Below, piece after piece: positions 15,999-25,612 of a stretch of DNA of 25,612 bases. The stretch is from a virus (lineage: Duplodnaviria > Caudoviricetes). Under the pieces are notes generated by a model, which saw only the letters and a program-made list of their open reading frames with translations, did no database searches and had not been told where the DNA came from. The DNA is taken from positions 1-25,612 of the IMG/VR virus record IMGVR_UViG_3300033067_000927; one strand, written 5' to 3'. Position numbers and translations under genes: made by a program. Position 1 is the first letter of the stretch. Each line of letters opens with the position of its first letter.

Positions 15999-16014
15999 AT
16001 ATTTATATAAAAAT
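15998..16014 (+). promoter_or_regulatory. Putative late promoter motif, copy 4
   Basis: Exact TATATTTATATAAAAAT immediately after the terminator and before the tape measure start. Confidence 0.75.
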
Positions 16015-16025
16015 AGAGAAATGTA

Positions 16026-18521
16026 TTGGCAAAAAGTATAGACATACAAAGAAAATTACGTGAACAACTTGATTCTTTAGAAGAACTTTCAGGCATAAAT
16101 ATAAATATAGATGCTTTACTGAAAGGTATTAAAACTGAAGTTAATAAATTTATTGTTGGTAATCAAAAAAATATAAATAAATTATTAGAAGTAGAACGAG
16201 GTCTTAACAGAGTCTTAAACCAACAACAATCTTCTATGGGAACTTTAGAAGATAACCTTAAAAGTATTTTTGCTATCTTAACAGACATTGAAAAATTTTC
16301 AAAGCAAATAACTAAAATAAATGCTAAAATTCAAAAAACATCAGACGTATTAGAATCTACCAATTTTGATGCTCTTAAAGAATTTGATATGGGAATAGTT
16401 ACGGACTTTTTTACTTCTTTAGGAAAAAACTTTTCAACTACTAAATTAAATAAGTTATTAAAAAATGTAAACTCTGTGAATTTAGATGGATTGCAAATTG
16501 CTACAGATGATCTAAACAAAATGGACTTATCAGTAGTTACTTCATTTTTGGGAACAGTAAATAGATTATTCAGTGAAAATAAATTGAATAAGATGATAAA
16601 CAAAATGTCTAAAACTGGAAATACTCAGGACTTTGAATTAGTTATTTTATACTTAAAAGATATGGACGTATTCTTAAATGATTCTATAAAGTATCTTAAT
16701 AAGATGACTAATAGAATAAAGAATTTTGTAAATAAATCTAATATTACTCCTGCTGGTAATGTACAAAATGCTCCTGGTGGTAATAATCCCGATCAAAAAA
16801 ATGTAGACTTCAAACAACTATTTTGGTTCGGAGCCGCTATGTCTTTAATCCGTAGAGAATTTCCTACACTATTTAGAGTTGGAGAATTTTTAGTTAGTGT
16901 TGTTGGTGGATTTGTTAATGCAGGTAAAATGGTTAGTGGTGGATTTAAAGTTTGGGGTACTTTCGGTGAAGTTGAAGGTGCAATGGCAAAAACATCAGTA
17001 GTATTAAGAGGTCTTGTTGGTGTGCTTGGTGGATTAGCATTAGCTGGTGGTGTTGTTATAGCTGTATTTGCAATGGGAATAAAAAAATTATTGGAAGGTG
17101 TAGAAGAAGCACAAAAAATGAGATTGGAAGCCGCTAGTAATGCAAGATTAAATCAGTTATCATTTATGGGTAGTTCAGCATCAGGCAATGTAAATCCAGG
17201 TGGATTGCTATCTCGTTTCGCAGGTGCAAGTGAAGAAAGAATGATCGGTGCAAAAGCACAAATGTTAGCACGTATGGGTGGAAGTAATATATTAGGTTCA
17301 TTAACTGAGTTTCAAGCAAAACATATGGCAGTAATGGGTGAATTGCTAGATGTTAACTTAGATAAGATGGCAACCCTTCGTGATATTATGCAGAACGTTC
17401 AAGACATAGGATTTGAAGATGAAACAGGTGGACTATTAGGTATAATGAACCGACAAGGATTATTAGCAAACAGAGTAGTTCAGGATATGACTGAAAATCT
17501 GCAACAATTTGTTTTATATGGTGCAAGTTCATTCGAAAATTTAAGCTCATTAGCAAATAAATTATCTGTTAATGTTCAAAGTGCTATAAAACTTATTGAA
17601 AAATTTTCTACTGTATCTGGTGCTATAGATACATCATTTGGATTGTCTATGGTTACAGGAAAATTCATTAATCCATTATCTCAATTTATGGAATATGCTT
17701 TCGGAAGTCCTGATAAGATTTTTGAAAATGTTATGACACAAGTAGGAGATATAACTAAGATGAATAGAATACAATTGAAATTCTTGTCTGAAACTTTAGG
17801 TATGTCTGTGGATGAATTAACAGTAGCGGGAAAAAGATTAGAAAATATGAAGAAACTAAATATATCTGGTGAAGAAGAATATAAAAAACAATATAAAACT
17901 TTAGATGATATAGTTAATTCTTTTGGTTTCCAACGATTACTTGGTGGTATATCTCAAATATTAGATATTATAGAACAAGAAGTAATGCGTGGTCTTTTCC
18001 AAAATGCATTAGAATGGATTAAAAAGAATGGTGAAGATTTACCAAGACAAATACAAAGTGTAATTACATATATTAAAGGTACATTATTACCATTAATGGT
18101 AGATGTATTCGCCGCTTTAGGTAAAGGTATAGTTAATCTTTTAGGACTATTACCATTTACTGGAGTTTCTGGAACTCAAGCAGATGCAATATCTAAAAGT
18201 ATAGATTCATTTGCAGGTAAAATCAAATCTGGTATAGGTACTAATACTCCATCACATATGACGGAAAATTTTGAAGAAAAACAAAATACAAATGGTACGG
18301 TAGTAACAAGTCCTAGAACTTCAAGTAAGTCAGACAATAATTTATTATCATCAGCAATTCAATCAGTTGGTGGTATACATGGTAAACAAGTATCTTCACA
18401 AACTACAGAAACAAATAATGGAAGTAGTAATTTCAAAGTAGTATCTGTTAAATCTGATATTAAGTTAGACGGTTATAAAGTTGGTGAAGGATTAACAGAA
18501 TTAGCATTGGAGTTCGGATAA
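16026..18521 (+). CDS. Tail tape measure protein
   Basis: 831 aa, helical, with a central Gly/Ala hydrophobic stretch, LSETLGMSVDEL and a C-terminal IKLDGYKVG; canonical position; TTG start. Confidence 0.85.
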   Translation: MAKSIDIQRKLREQLDSLEELSGININIDALLKGIKTEVNKFIVGNQKNINKLLEVERGLNRVLNQQQSSMGTLEDNLKSIFAILTDIEKFSKQITKINAKIQKTSDVLESTNFDALKEFDMGIVTDFFTSLGKNFSTTKLNKLLKNVNSVNLDGLQIATDDLNKMDLSVVTSFLGTVNRLFSENKLNKMINKMSKTGNTQDFELVILYLKDMDVFLNDSIKYLNKMTNRIKNFVNKSNITPAGNVQNAPGGNNPDQKNVDFKQLFWFGAAMSLIRREFPTLFRVGEFLVSVVGGFVNAGKMVSGGFKVWGTFGEVEGAMAKTSVVLRGLVGVLGGLALAGGVVIAVFAMGIKKLLEGVEEAQKMRLEAASNARLNQLSFMGSSASGNVNPGGLLSRFAGASEERMIGAKAQMLARMGGSNILGSLTEFQAKHMAVMGELLDVNLDKMATLRDIMQNVQDIGFEDETGGLLGIMNRQGLLANRVVQDMTENLQQFVLYGASSFENLSSLANKLSVNVQSAIKLIEKFSTVSGAIDTSFGLSMVTGKFINPLSQFMEYAFGSPDKIFENVMTQVGDITKMNRIQLKFLSETLGMSVDELTVAGKRLENMKKLNISGEEEYKKQYKTLDDIVNSFGFQRLLGGISQILDIIEQEVMRGLFQNALEWIKKNGEDLPRQIQSVITYIKGTLLPLMVDVFAALGKGIVNLLGLLPFTGVSGTQADAISKSIDSFAGKIKSGIGTNTPSHMTENFEEKQNTNGTVVTSPRTSSKSDNNLLSSAIQSVGGIHGKQVSSQTTETNNGSSNFKVVSVKSDIKLDGYKVGEGLTELALEFG

Positions 18522-18525
18522 AATT

Positions 18526-19575
18526 ATGGCAAACTTAGGTGATTTTTTAAAATCTAATTATCAAATAGGAAATATAATTGCTGGTTTTCCTGCACTATTA
18601 GATCAGTATATAGCTATAGAAGGTAATTCTGTAACTGATATAACATCTGCAGGTAATATGGTAATAGGTAAAGCACAACAATTAGTATTGTGGAAAATAC
18701 AAAGAAAAAGTGAAAAGGATGGTGGGGGAAATTTTAACTATAACCCTGCATCTGTAATTGATGCTTTTGTTCCTGGTAGGTATGGTAAAGCTTCTATGGT
18801 TACTAACCCTAATAAGAAGGATGATAATTATGGTGAAAATTTTTATATACCTAGAATAACTGCAAAGAAAAAAATAGAAACTATTTTTCCTGCATTAGCT
18901 GACACAGAAGCAAGAGATATCATACGTGGTGGCATATATAACAAAGAACAATTTTTTTATATTAAATATATGCATCCTACACTGCAAGGTACTTGGAATG
19001 TGTTAAAGTTAAAGGCATCTATCGGACATCAGAAGTTAGTAGATACTTTTTCTAATACGTGGACTGGTCATAGTGCGTATGGTAGAACTCAAAAGAATTA
19101 TATATATTCTGAAACTGAAAGGACATTACCATTATCATTTTTTGAATATGCATATTCTAAATCTGAACTAAGTGATTTATACAGAAGATTAAATCATTTA
19201 GCTAGAATAAATTATGGATATTACGAAAATGCAAATGGAGTATCCAATTCATTAAAAGCAGGAACAGTTGTATATTTAACTATAGGAAATTTATATAGAG
19301 ATATGCCAGCAATAATAAATAGAATGACATTTGAGTTTGATGAAGATTTGTGGGATATGGAAAATTTTGTACCTATGATGGTTAAAATAAGTATTAATTT
19401 TACACTATTACATTATACCAATCCCGATAATACTAGTGATTTTTATTATGTGGGAGTTAATCCTCCTGCCATAGATAATTATGTAGTTAAATCTGAGAGC
19501 ACCAATCAAACATCTGTTGATAATAATTTAAATGATGCTCCTACACGAAAAAGTATAATAGGAACAGAACCATAA
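18526..19575 (+). CDS. Baseplate tail-tube initiator (gp48/gp54-like)
   Basis: DTFSNTW...YGRTQKNYIYSETERTLPLSF, LTIGNLY and WD...P...I.F form a tube-fold pattern; follows the tape measure gene. Confidence 0.7.
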   Translation: MANLGDFLKSNYQIGNIIAGFPALLDQYIAIEGNSVTDITSAGNMVIGKAQQLVLWKIQRKSEKDGGGNFNYNPASVIDAFVPGRYGKASMVTNPNKKDDNYGENFYIPRITAKKKIETIFPALADTEARDIIRGGIYNKEQFFYIKYMHPTLQGTWNVLKLKASIGHQKLVDTFSNTWTGHSAYGRTQKNYIYSETERTLPLSFFEYAYSKSELSDLYRRLNHLARINYGYYENANGVSNSLKAGTVVYLTIGNLYRDMPAIINRMTFEFDEDLWDMENFVPMMVKISINFTLLHYTNPDNTSDFYYVGVNPPAIDNYVVKSESTNQTSVDNNLNDAPTRKSIIGTEP

Positions 19576-19576
19576 T

Positions 19577-19864
19577 ATGAGATATGATAATTTAAATATC
19601 GAAAAAACAACTAACGGAAAGCCATATAAATCTTTATTTAATGTGCAGATTGACGTGGACAAGTTTGATTATAAAAGATTAATATATAATAATGAAAGAT
19701 TAGATTATTTAGCTGATGTGTACTATAATGATGGTAGATATTGGTGGGTAATAGCATTATTTAATAGAATTGTTAATCCACTTAAAACTGAAAATGTACA
19801 GCATATTTTAATCCCAACTAATTTAGTAGAAATTGTAAATTATATATTAGAGCAGTCCAAATAA
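19577..19864 (+). CDS. LysM-like baseplate wedge protein (gp53 / tail X-like)
   Basis: ERLDYLADVYYNDGRYWWVIALFN...ILIP. Confidence 0.85.
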   Translation: MRYDNLNIEKTTNGKPYKSLFNVQIDVDKFDYKRLIYNNERLDYLADVYYNDGRYWWVIALFNRIVNPLKTENVQHILIPTNLVEIVNYILEQSK

Positions 19865-22800
19865 TGTCAAATCAAGGTGTACAATTAAAAGCCATAAGTA
19901 ATATAAGTAGTAGGGTAGCTCGTGATTATGCTACTCTTACTAGTATTATGAGCAATCCTACAGAATCAAATTCGTTAGTTCCCTACATTAAAATATGGGA
20001 TGTATTATCTAACAGGGTATTATTTGATAATGCTACTTATCTGCATAATCCAAACTTAGTACAGAATTCGGATATAATTTTAGATTTACTTAATATGCAA
20101 ATTGAAGTTGGGAAGAATGGAATTCCATCATTAATATCTGGAAGTATAAAATTTAAAATACTTAATGCAAATAAATTTATAACTAAGGAAAATGAAATAA
20201 AAATTCCTGGGTTATTTAGTTTATTATCATATAAAAGATTAAAATTTGGATGGGCAGACCCACGATTCAATATGTTTGATGAACAAGTTATAGAATCTAA
20301 ATTTGATCATTCTACCGACACACAAAATACTGCTATAGTAACTATGCATGTAGGTTCTCCACTATTATATTTTAATAAGATAGAACACACTATGCTTGGT
20401 GGATTGAAAGACACATCAACATTAAATACCAAAAAAAGAAATAAATTTTCTATAAATTATAATGGTAAGATATTATTCAGTCAACAAGTAATAGATAACA
20501 TTATAGAGTCTGAGTTAAAGGATGGTCCGAAGTCTGTAAGTTTTATAAAGATGTTTGATAATATATTATATGATTTTAGAAAATCTGAAAAACAGTATAC
20601 TAATTTTGAATTTAATAGAGATGATGAATCAAATAAATTGGGATTATCTCATATATTTTCCACTAATTATGGACTTGGAAAATTAGAAAGTGGCATAACC
20701 CAAATTAATATAGGAAATCTTTTAAAAGGTATAGATAATAATGGTAATATAGCATTATGGAAAACTACTATAAATTTAGATGGAAGTATTTCCATACCTA
20801 TATTCAACCAACATGATAATATAGATAGAAACAGAACATCAAATGTTAATGTTTATATGAATAGTACTAAATTACCTATAATGGATTTAACTAAAAATAT
20901 AGCACAATCTGATTTTTATAGATTTGATAGTTCCCACCACTTCAGTAATGTTTGGTATGGTAATGTTTTTGATTTTTCAGAATATGCACCAAATAAATAT
21001 CTAAATATAATTCCTAGAATATCAAGATACAATCAAGTTCAGGGGAGTGGGCAAAATATATCTATATTTCAAGAACCGTCAATTGATGGTCCAACTGGAT
21101 ATAATTCATTTAAGTTTTCATTTGCTAGTTTTTTAAATGATCATTTAAATCCGTCTACTGGATTAGTTGATTTAGAATATTATTTTGATGGTTTGGATGT
21201 AGTTGCTATTTATGATACGGTATATATGTGGTACTATCAACAATATTTGTGGGATTCTAAACTAACACCATTTAAAGTTGCATATGAACCCGATGGTAAT
21301 GGTGGATTAAATATAGTTAACACAAAAACTATAGAACGAGAACGATTAGAATTATTATCTAAAATTTATATAGAATATATATTAGAACTAAGAAAGATCA
21401 TAAAAGAAATTTACACCAAAGATGGTGTAACCAAAGAATATATTCGTGAAAAAATAAAAGTATTATATAATGGTATAAAACAAACTGTAATAACTGAACC
21501 TAAGTTTTTACAATTATTATTGCCTAGTATTACAGATATGTCTGAATATGAAAATAAATTTGATATTCCTAATGAAAAAATAAATTGGAGTAGTAGTGTT
21601 TCTGTAGTTGACTTAGTTACAATGTTAGAACTAAATCTTTCATTTAGAGGAGATTACCCTAATTCTATATTATTTTACGATAAAGAAAATTGGATAAATT
21701 TAATTGAATCGTTAGACGATCTAAGTGCTCCATCAACATCAAGTGGAAAAGTATCACAAGTTCCCAGCTCAATTTCTAAAACTGCCGTTAATATATTTAA
21801 TTGCTACAGAACTATTGCTACATGGTTCTTAAAAGACATAGTAAAAAAAGATATTAGTCCTGTTGGTGCTCTTGCAGGAGCTGTTGAAGGAGCTATTACT
21901 TGGGAGTTGATATACTACGGAATTATGTCTGTACAAGATGAAGCAACTAAATCTACACAAGAAGAAATTCAAGAGAATATAGAAAAGTTAACCGAACAAG
22001 AAACAGGTAAACGAGATACATTTTCTATTTACGAGTTAGATGATAATTTAAGATTAATAGATATAGTGAATGATTGGAATGTTAAATTAAATAGAATGTT
22101 AAAACCTGAACATAAAATTCAGTTTTCAATATATAAAGAATCTCCAAGTTTGCCACAAAACAGACAATATAGTATAAAGTGGAAAGACAGAGAAATATCT
22201 ATAATGGGTACTGCAGAAAAAGGAGATGTTTTACCATTAACAAGCACAGATTTCAATTTAAATTATTTATTGATTCCTAACTCAATATACAAACCTATAC
22301 TTCAAAGAGGAACAGGAATATTTCAAATATTACGAGAAATATTTGAACATTTTAGAACATACTTTAACCTAAATTTAGATTATTCGGTATATAGAGAAGG
22401 ACAAACTACTATAATTGAAATATTCTGTTTAGATTTAATAAATGGTGCTATAGAAAGTTGGAATGGTGATTTAGATTTTAAATCTATATCAGACGTATTA
22501 GGAAATAGATTCGTAGTATTAGATTATAGAAGTAGTAATTCTATTGTCACTAGTTTTAATGCTAATGTTAAGACTCAAGATAGTTTATTTCTATCATTTA
22601 TGCCAGCACAAACTGATCAATCTATTTTAGCATTATTTAAAACAGGAAGTGAAAAGAGTGAAAATTTATCCGAAGAAGCACTGGATAACTTAGTTAAAAT
22701 ATATACTAAAGTTTTTAGACCACCAGACACACCAGAAGAAATTAAAGAAGGTAAATTTCAAGGTATGTTAAATAAGGTTCAACAATATTATAATTCTGGA

Positions 22801-23118
22801 ACTTTGCAAAGTATATTAGATGAATCGGAAGTTATAAAGGGTGGGGACCCAGAATACTTTGAAGCATTGGTTAATTTCTATCAAGCATCGGGTACATATC
22901 CTGCACATTTATTATTTGGTGGGTTTAGTATTTCTGTAGAACTTATAGGATTAAATGGTTTTACCAGTTTTCAAATTATAGGAATACGAAATACAGGAAT
23001 CTATGATGGATTATATATGGTTGAAACTGTAAATCATTACTTGGATAAAACTACATTTAAGACTACAGTAAATTGTAAATTATTAATGCCTAGAATAAGA
23101 ACAATAAAAGAAAATTAA
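19864..23118 (+). CDS. Large baseplate hub protein (gp27 / gpD-like) with big insertions
   Basis: N-terminal VPYIKI...LKFGW and C-terminal SVELIG..G...GLYMVETVNH....FKTT are typical of hub proteins; follows the LysM gene. Confidence 0.65.
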   Translation: MSNQGVQLKAISNISSRVARDYATLTSIMSNPTESNSLVPYIKIWDVLSNRVLFDNATYLHNPNLVQNSDIILDLLNMQIEVGKNGIPSLISGSIKFKILNANKFITKENEIKIPGLFSLLSYKRLKFGWADPRFNMFDEQVIESKFDHSTDTQNTAIVTMHVGSPLLYFNKIEHTMLGGLKDTSTLNTKKRNKFSINYNGKILFSQQVIDNIIESELKDGPKSVSFIKMFDNILYDFRKSEKQYTNFEFNRDDESNKLGLSHIFSTNYGLGKLESGITQINIGNLLKGIDNNGNIALWKTTINLDGSISIPIFNQHDNIDRNRTSNVNVYMNSTKLPIMDLTKNIAQSDFYRFDSSHHFSNVWYGNVFDFSEYAPNKYLNIIPRISRYNQVQGSGQNISIFQEPSIDGPTGYNSFKFSFASFLNDHLNPSTGLVDLEYYFDGLDVVAIYDTVYMWYYQQYLWDSKLTPFKVAYEPDGNGGLNIVNTKTIERERLELLSKIYIEYILELRKIIKEIYTKDGVTKEYIREKIKVLYNGIKQTVITEPKFLQLLLPSITDMSEYENKFDIPNEKINWSSSVSVVDLVTMLELNLSFRGDYPNSILFYDKENWINLIESLDDLSAPSTSSGKVSQVPSSISKTAVNIFNCYRTIATWFLKDIVKKDISPVGALAGAVEGAITWELIYYGIMSVQDEATKSTQEEIQENIEKLTEQETGKRDTFSIYELDDNLRLIDIVNDWNVKLNRMLKPEHKIQFSIYKESPSLPQNRQYSIKWKDREISIMGTAEKGDVLPLTSTDFNLNYLLIPNSIYKPILQRGTGIFQILREIFEHFRTYFNLNLDYSVYREGQTTIIEIFCLDLINGAIESWNGDLDFKSISDVLGNRFVVLDYRSSNSIVTSFNANVKTQDSLFLSFMPAQTDQSILALFKTGSEKSENLSEEALDNLVKIYTKVFRPPDTPEEIKEGKFQGMLNKVQQYYNSGTLQSILDESEVIKGGDPEYFEALVNFYQASGTYPAHLLFGGFSISVELIGLNGFTSFQIIGIRNTGIYDGLYMVETVNHYLDKTTFKTTVNCKLLMPRIRTIKEN

Positions 23119-24272
23119 GCAGTAGTTTTAATATATTCTGCCAAATATTTATGATCATAATCATATAATGCTAAATTTACAGTACCAAACACATTGTCTT
23201 GGAATTTTTTAATTTCAGCATATCTATTATCTCTAGTAGATTTGTTATTATAGTAATAGTTCTTAGTATTATTAGCATAACTATCTTTTAATTGTGGTAC
23301 AAATCTTTGAGCCTTTTGATAATTATCAATATCATCAAATATAGTAGTTTCACCTAATCTATCAGCATATCCTTCAGTTACCATATAACCTACCCATGCA
23401 AGCAATTGAATATCGGAGTTTAGATCACTCACTCGTTTTACAAGATATTCATTACCATATCCTACAGAACGTTGCCATTCACTTAAATTATAAGATAATG
23501 ACAATTTAGACACTTTAGTTGTAGGGAGATCACGTATTTTAAAATAATTTAAACCAGTAGTAATATACTGTGATATAATATTTGGTGTGTGTACTTTAGT
23601 ATTTAATTGAAACCAACCATATGAATTACCAGAATCACCTATTGCTCCAGAATACCAAGAACTTTCTTGACCAGCGGCTGAAAAAATATTTAATGCCATA
23701 TTATCATTTCGCAATAAAATTATTTTTCCTACAGTTTGACTAAACATATCACTAAATGATATTCTTATTCCTCTCTTAGTGTTCCCACCACTATATGATG
23801 CAACACTTTGACCTACTCCTTCAAACGATGAATCTAAATTTTCATTAAATAATACTATATCTCCAGATTCTTTTGAAGATTTACTTAATTCACCAACAAC
23901 TTCAAAATATATAGCAGAATATGTTTTATCTGTAGATTTACTATAATAAACCCTAACTCTATAACCTGTATTGGGGTTTTGAGATTCATCTTTCAATGTA
24001 GCAATATCGAAATAATTAGAACTGTTATATAATATACTATCTTTACTATAAACATCACTTAAAGTTATTCTGGATGTACCTTTTCCCTTTGTGGGATGTT
24101 TACCAGGAATATAAATTGGATAATATTTCTTACTATATTTGATTGTATTTTCAATAATACCATTTTCAATTAAAAATGCTCTATCTAATACAATACCATC
24201 CTGAATAATATGATCATCTGGAAAACTATTATTAGATTCCTTTATAATATTTAATATATTTTTAGTTGCCAT
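23115..24272 (-). CDS. Protein with a lysozyme/transglycosylase-fold domain (possible virion-associated muramidase)
   Basis: AAGQESSW...AIGDSGNSYGWFQLN is a lysozyme-superfamily catalytic motif (ES...GD.G.S.G.FQ); the N-terminal ~180 aa are unassigned. Confidence 0.65.
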   Translation of the reverse strand: MATKNILNIIKESNNSFPDDHIIQDGIVLDRAFLIENGIIENTIKYSKKYYPIYIPGKHPTKGKGTSRITLSDVYSKDSILYNSSNYFDIATLKDESQNPNTGYRVRVYYSKSTDKTYSAIYFEVVGELSKSSKESGDIVLFNENLDSSFEGVGQSVASYSGGNTKRGIRISFSDMFSQTVGKIILLRNDNMALNIFSAAGQESSWYSGAIGDSGNSYGWFQLNTKVHTPNIISQYITTGLNYFKIRDLPTTKVSKLSLSYNLSEWQRSVGYGNEYLVKRVSDLNSDIQLLAWVGYMVTEGYADRLGETTIFDDIDNYQKAQRFVPQLKDSYANNTKNYYYNNKSTRDNRYAEIKKFQDNVFGTVNLALYDYDHKYLAEYIKTTA

Positions 24273-25178
24273 TTACACTCCCAATTCGTCTAATATTTCT
24301 TGTATACTTTTCTTAAACGGTGTTTTAATTTCATTATTTGTTTCTTTTTGTGACTGAATACCTTTGATGTTCCTGTAGAATTTGGTTTTGATGTTGCCAC
24401 TACACCATTCTGTTCCGTTGAATTCGCAGATGTTACAATTGTATCCGATTGTTTTCCGAAGCCAGTCTCCGTTAAGTTCCGCTGAATATATAGTTTTCAA
24501 AGCATCAACCAAAATGTTATGTGCCTTTTTAACTTCACCATAAGAACTGGGAACTTCATGTAATTGTATTAATGACGGAAGTTTTTCATCAGTTTCATTT
24601 CTATTTAATACCATATACAATAATCTTATGTTATCGTAAGGTATATTATATTTTTGACAGTAAAACCATTTGTATAATTTTAATTGTAGTCCGTAATATT
24701 CATCGTTAAATTTCCACTTATCCCACTCTTTAGTACTAGTTTTGAAGTCTGCTATATAAATATAATGTTTATATCTATAAATAAAATCTATCTTACCTGA
24801 AAATGTAAATCGATCAAATATAGGTTCATCTAATTCTAATTCGTTTTCTAAAACTATAATACTATCCCATGCAAATTTATTAAAAAATTCATTTAAAATT
24901 CTCAAACCTTGATTCTTAAATTTAATTAATAATTCTGATGGTTGTTTAGATAAGGTTTCGGGAGAAAGCATTTTATCATTAAAATACTTTAATGCTTGAT
25001 TTTTACTTAATTCTTTTTTAAGAAATAATTCTATGGTAGAATGTATATGTAACCCAAAGATCAAATGAATAGTATCTGATTCATATGTCTTTAGTTTCTT
25101 ACCATATCCTAAATAATGTTTATTGTGGCAAGAAAGATAATCCGATAGTTGTGAATATGATATGTGTATTTTTTCCAA
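24273..25178 (-). CDS. PD-(D/E)XK exonuclease, Cas4/RecB/AddB-like, with Fe-S cysteines
   Basis: ISYSQL...C, FGLHIH..IE, E.EL, GKIDFI, IADFKT, QLKLY and C-terminal CNIC...C; TTG start. Confidence 0.88.
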   Translation of the reverse strand: MEKIHISYSQLSDYLSCHNKHYLGYGKKLKTYESDTIHLIFGLHIHSTIELFLKKELSKNQALKYFNDKMLSPETLSKQPSELLIKFKNQGLRILNEFFNKFAWDSIIVLENELELDEPIFDRFTFSGKIDFIYRYKHYIYIADFKTSTKEWDKWKFNDEYYGLQLKLYKWFYCQKYNIPYDNIRLLYMVLNRNETDEKLPSLIQLHEVPSSYGEVKKAHNILVDALKTIYSAELNGDWLRKTIGYNCNICEFNGTEWCSGNIKTKFYRNIKGIQSQKETNNEIKTPFKKSIQEILDELGV

Positions 25179-25187
25179 AACAATTCT

Positions 25188-25469
25188 CTATTTTTCCAAT
25201 GTTTGTTTATTCTCAAAATAACTTTTTAATTTTTCCATATCTAATGATGTGTTTGTTACAAAATATATTCTGTAAATACTGTATTGTTTTTCATCTCCCA
25301 TATGGTATAATTTAATATCTATAGATGCAGTTTCAGATACTATTTCATTAATTTTACTTGCAAACTTAATCATATTAGGTTTAAGACATCGTATAATTAC
25401 ATCGGTAGTATTGTTTTTTACTATCTCAAAATTATACTGTTCCTTAAGTAATGTTAATAACTCATTCAT
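25188..25469 (-). CDS. Hypothetical protein
   Basis: 93 aa ORF, TAATG-coupled to the upstream gene. Confidence 0.7.
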   Translation of the reverse strand: MNELLTLLKEQYNFEIVKNNTTDVIIRCLKPNMIKFASKINEIVSETASIDIKLYHMGDEKQYSIYRIYFVTNTSLDMEKLKSYFENKQTLEK

Positions 25470-25612
25470 TAGTTGGCGCTTTCCCTTAAAATTATAGTTC
25501 TATAAAAATCATCTACTTCATTTTTAAATTCTATTGCATAATTTAAGTTAGTTTTAACTGCCTGATCATTTTGTCTAACAAAATAATCTATAATTCTTCT
25601 AACATCCCATTT
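25469..25612 (-). CDS. 3' end of a gene entering from the right (partial)
   Basis: Open frame KWDVRRIIDYFVRQNDQAVKTNLNYAIEFKNEVDDFYRTIILRESAN*, ending at 25469. Confidence 0.65.
   Translation of the reverse strand, partial: KWDVRRIIDYFVRQNDQAVKTNLNYAIEFKNEVDDFYRTIILRESAN

Noticed and set aside
7526-23118. Extracellular contractile injection system or tailocin rather than phage
   Set aside because: Head-joining neck genes (gp13/gp14-like), homing endonucleases, thyX, a tRNA and dense small hypothetical genes indicate a phage genome.
10591-23118. Inteins in the long sheath or hub proteins
   Set aside because: No intein N-terminal (C/S) block, HN-C/S/T junction or LAGLIDADG motif was seen.
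940-25315. Antisense ORFs in the track (e.g. 940..1284, 1847..2062, 7660..7887, 9253..9492, 16331..16603, 20037..20270, 25085..25315)
   Set aside because: They are shadows of better-supported genes on the opposite strand, with no RBS or recognisable motifs.
1-25612. Stop-codon reassignment (alternative genetic code)
   Set aside because: Conserved genes are full length in code 11, and TAA, TAG and TGA all occur at plausible gene ends with tight packing.
24273-25612. CRISPR-Cas locus suggested by the Cas4-like nuclease
   Set aside because: No repeat-spacer array or other cas genes are seen in the window.

Overview
This is an AT-rich segment of a contractile-tailed (myovirus-like) dsDNA phage genome; the standard genetic code fits all genes. 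(1) 1-1315 (+) is the end of an operon of small exported or membrane proteins, including a lipoprotein gene broken by one extra A in an A8 run. (2) 1349-7417 (-) is an early/auxiliary block with three sigma70-like promoters (TTGA(C/A)(A/T)-17-TATATT). It encodes a membrane protein, a signal-anchored lytic transglycosylase, tRNA-His(GUG), ClpP, a two-zinc-finger protein, a SLOG/DUF2493 protein, a PTH2-like protein, ThyX and hypotheticals. (3) 7526-23118 (+) is a T4-style neck/tail module: gp13-, gp14- and gp15-like proteins, sheath, two tube paralogs, a chaperone-like pair, tape measure, tube initiator, LysM/gp53-like protein and a large hub. Two related free-standing GIY-YIG homing endonuclease genes interrupt it, and four exact copies of the 17-mer TATATTTATATAAAAAT (candidate late promoter) punctuate it. 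(4) 23115-25612 (-) holds a lysozyme-fold protein, a Cas4/RecB-like PD-(D/E)XK nuclease and hypotheticals. The best leads are a probable programmed +1 frameshift in the gene pair before the tape measure gene, the late-promoter motif with a look-alike in the 3' ends of both endonuclease genes, the homopolymer-interrupted lipoprotein, and a tRNA/PTH2/ClpP cluster. All family assignments come from motif recognition by eye, not database searches.
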